DNA of 64,000 nucleotides from the human T2T-CHM13v2.0 reference genome, Homo sapiens: assembly GCF_009914755.1 (NCBI RefSeq), contig NC_060930.1; one strand, given 5' to 3'. Below the pieces are notes generated by a model that searched no databases, was not told the DNA's origin, and saw only the letters and a program-made list of their open reading frames with translations. Of this stretch, positions 59,814-64,000 are shown piece after piece; positions within the stretch are counted from its first letter, which is position 1, and each line of letters starts with the position of its first letter. The translations under genes and the position numbers were made by a program.

Positions 59814-60352
59814 TACTGGTTAATACTGAGGGTCAACTTGATTGGATTGAAGGATGCAAAGACCTGTTCCTGGGTGTGTCTGTGAGGATGTTGCCAAAGA
59901 AAATTAATAGTTGAGTCAGTGGACTAGGGGAGGCAGACCCACTCTCTATCTGGGTGGACACCATCTAATCAGCTGTCAGCATGGCTAGAATAAAGCTGGC
60001 AGAAGAAAGTGGAATGAACAGACTTGCTGAGTCTTCTGGCCTTCATCTTTCTCCCATGCTGGATGCTTCCTGTCCTCAAACATTGGATTCCCCGTTCTTC
60101 AGCTTTTGGGAACTTACACCAGTGGTTTGCCAGGGGCTCTCAGGCCTTTGGCCACAGACTGAAGGCTACACTGTCGGCTTCCCTATTTTTGAGGTTTTGG
60201 GACTTGGACTGGTTTCCTTTCTCCTCAGCTTGCAGACGGCCTATTGTGGGACTTCACTTTGTGATCGTGTGAGTCAATTATTTTAATAAACTCCCTTCAA
60301 CTATACATCTATCCTATTAGTTCTATCCCTCTAGAGAACCCTGGCTAATACA
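59814..60352 (+). mobile_element. Solo ERVL LTR, MLT2A2-like
   Basis: ggttaatactgagggtcaacttgattggattgaaggatgc...gagaaccctggctaataca; ~540 bp; 5-bp TSD GCAAG (59809-59813, 60353-60357); AATAAA 60285-60290. Confidence 0.9.
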
Positions 60353-61347
60353 GCAAGAGAATGTCCACAAAAAGTTTTCTTGTTTGCTTGATTGTTTACC
60401 TTAAATTCTTTATAAAGGAGGGCAAAACCTGCTCTTCAATGTCCCAAATGAGATAAGAGAATTTCCCACAATTTCTGCCTTAGGAAAACAATGTCTTCTA
60501 TAAAGGGGATCAGATCAAACTCCTTTTGCTTCTTGCAGTGGCCACCCAGAAGTTGACCAGGTGACTCAGTCAACTTTGCCAAGGTCACCTCCATCATCAG
60601 ATGAGGCCGTCTAGGACTCAGGACCACACAGGGAAATATGGACTTACCTTGGGCCAAGGGCAGGGGCAATGGGGATGAAATATGTGTTACTAGGTATTGC
60701 CAGACACTGTGTCTTACAGGGAGTAGAAAGCTTTCAGAGGGGTCTATGTCTACTAGTGTCCTGTAATTTTCATCTTATATCTACCAAAAAGATATGATCT
60801 TACCCAAAGAAGAAATTGTCCCTAATTTTAGCAGCCCTCTAACAGTGTTGCTTCTAAGTTTTCACATTTATAAATAGTGCTGCTTGATTATCTTTATAAT
60901 AAATTTTGGTGCACATCAATGATTGTTTTCTGAGGTTAAATTTCTGAAAGATATGTTAATAAGTAAAAGAACATTGAGATTTTTGGCTTTGAAATTTTTG
61001 CTGGTGTGTCCTCAGAAAAGTTGTACCAATGTACCTACCATTAGCAGTTGACAAGCCTCTTTTCTTACAGTCTTACCAATTGCCAGTTATCTTTTTGAAA
61101 AAAAATTAAGTATATATTTCATACATATTTAAAAGGTTTATAGACAGGTTTAAACTCATTTCACAACATCATTTCTAATTAGGTGTGAGTTTCATAGACC
61201 TCAGATGGTACTGTAGTGGGACTTGAGACCATGTTACAGATAGCATCTCCAGAAGAGCTTCTTAGAGAGATTTTTATCTAGTTGCATCATATATTTTCAA
61301 AATATTTCCATTCTAAATATATGTCTGTATACTTTCAAGGAATGTAA

Positions 61348-62913
<1,566 letters not shown>

Positions 62914-62941
62914 AAAATTCAAAGTATCAAAGTAGTAGGTA

Positions 62942-63223
62942 GCCAGATGCAGTGGCTCACACCTATAATCCCAGTGCCAAGGCAGAAGGATCACTCGAGG
63001 CTAGGAGTTCAAGACCAGTCTGGGCAACTTAGTAAGACCCCACATCTACAAAAGAATATATATATATTAGTCAGGCATAGTGGCGCATGCCTGTAGTCCC
63101 AGGTACTTGGGAGTTTGAGGCAGGGGGATTGCCTGAGCCCAGGAGTTCGAGGCTACTGTGAGCTTTGATCGCACCACTCCAGCTGGGCAACAGAGTGAGA
63201 CTGTCTCTCTCGCGCTCTCAAAA
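62942..63223 (+). mobile_element. AluJ with TSD
   Basis: TSD aaagtagtaggta at 62929-62941 and 63224-63236. Confidence 0.9.
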
Positions 63224-63305
63224 AAAGTAGTAGGTAATTCTAAATGAGAATCCAAACATGACTATGCCATTATATTCAAACCCAAATCTAAGAACTTGGA
63301 TTTTG

Positions 63306-63616
63306 TTTTGCTGTTTTTTGTTTTTTTTGAGACAGGGTCTCACTTTGTCACCCAGGCTGGAATGCAGTGGCATAATCACGGCTCACTGCAGCCTTGACCT
63401 ACTGGGCTCAAGCGAGCCTCCCACCTCAGCCCCCACCCCAGGTAGCTGGGACTACAGGCATGTAGTAGTCCCAGTAGGCTAAATTTTTTGTATTTTTTTA
63501 GAGGCAGGGTTTTGCTATGTTTCCCAGGCTGATCTCAAACTCCTAAGCTCAAATGATCTGCCCACCTCGGCCTCCCAAAGTGCCAGGATTACAGGTGTGA
63601 GCTACCACACTGGGCC
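63306..63616 (-). mobile_element. AluJ with TSD
   Basis: TSD aag(a/c)acttggattttg at 63290-63305 and 63619-63634. Confidence 0.9.
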
Positions 63617-64000
63617 ACAAGCACTTGGATTTTGGGATAAGCATAGTTTCTCTCTTATGGACAATTCTGTAGGGCTCTTTCATACATAGGTAAAATAGGA
63701 TGCATAGTTATAGTGCAATTTTCTAGAGAATTTTGCAAAATACAACATTTTTGTAATTACTGCTGAAATACCTGGATTTATTTCCATGGATTCTAAGCCA
63801 CAAATGCACATTTATTTTTCTGGGAACATCCCAAGAACTATAAACCCAAGCTTTTAAAAGGAATGTAGATCCTTTTTGTTATCAGCCAGTATTGCTGGGT
63901 GACCAGAGAATCTTTTTGCTCTTTGTTTGCATTCTTGGGGTCAGCAGGGAGTTCAAATTAGTCCAGCCCTATTGCTGCTTTTTGGCATACACCGTGCTGG

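Overview
Primate (human) intergenic DNA with no intact protein-coding gene. The landmark is a full-length processed beta-actin pseudogene (minus strand, ~17784-19570). It abuts an Alu whose A-tail has expanded into a complex (AAAG)n STR. Both classic SE33/ACTBP2 forensic primer sites, as I recall them, match exactly, identifying the SE33 locus (ACTBP8, chr6q14-15; from memory, in the gene desert upstream of CNR1). The haplotype shown is allele 17. The window also holds a 5'-truncated RPS14 retrocopy, three L1PA copies (two with clear TSDs), several old L1M/L2/MIR relics, 12 Alus, solo LTRs (MER41A, MER52, MLT2A2, MLT1/MST) and simple repeats. I found no convincing new biological system. The most interesting points concern retro-element history and candidate regulatory sequence: repeated Alu-tail-to-STR conversion, a fortuitous TATA box ahead of the actin retrocopy, possible L1-L1 gene conversion, a 20-bp TGACCTTT minisatellite, and a DUX4-type MLT2A LTR with a splice donor. 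Repeat subfamily names are recognised by eye and boundaries of old repeats are approximate.
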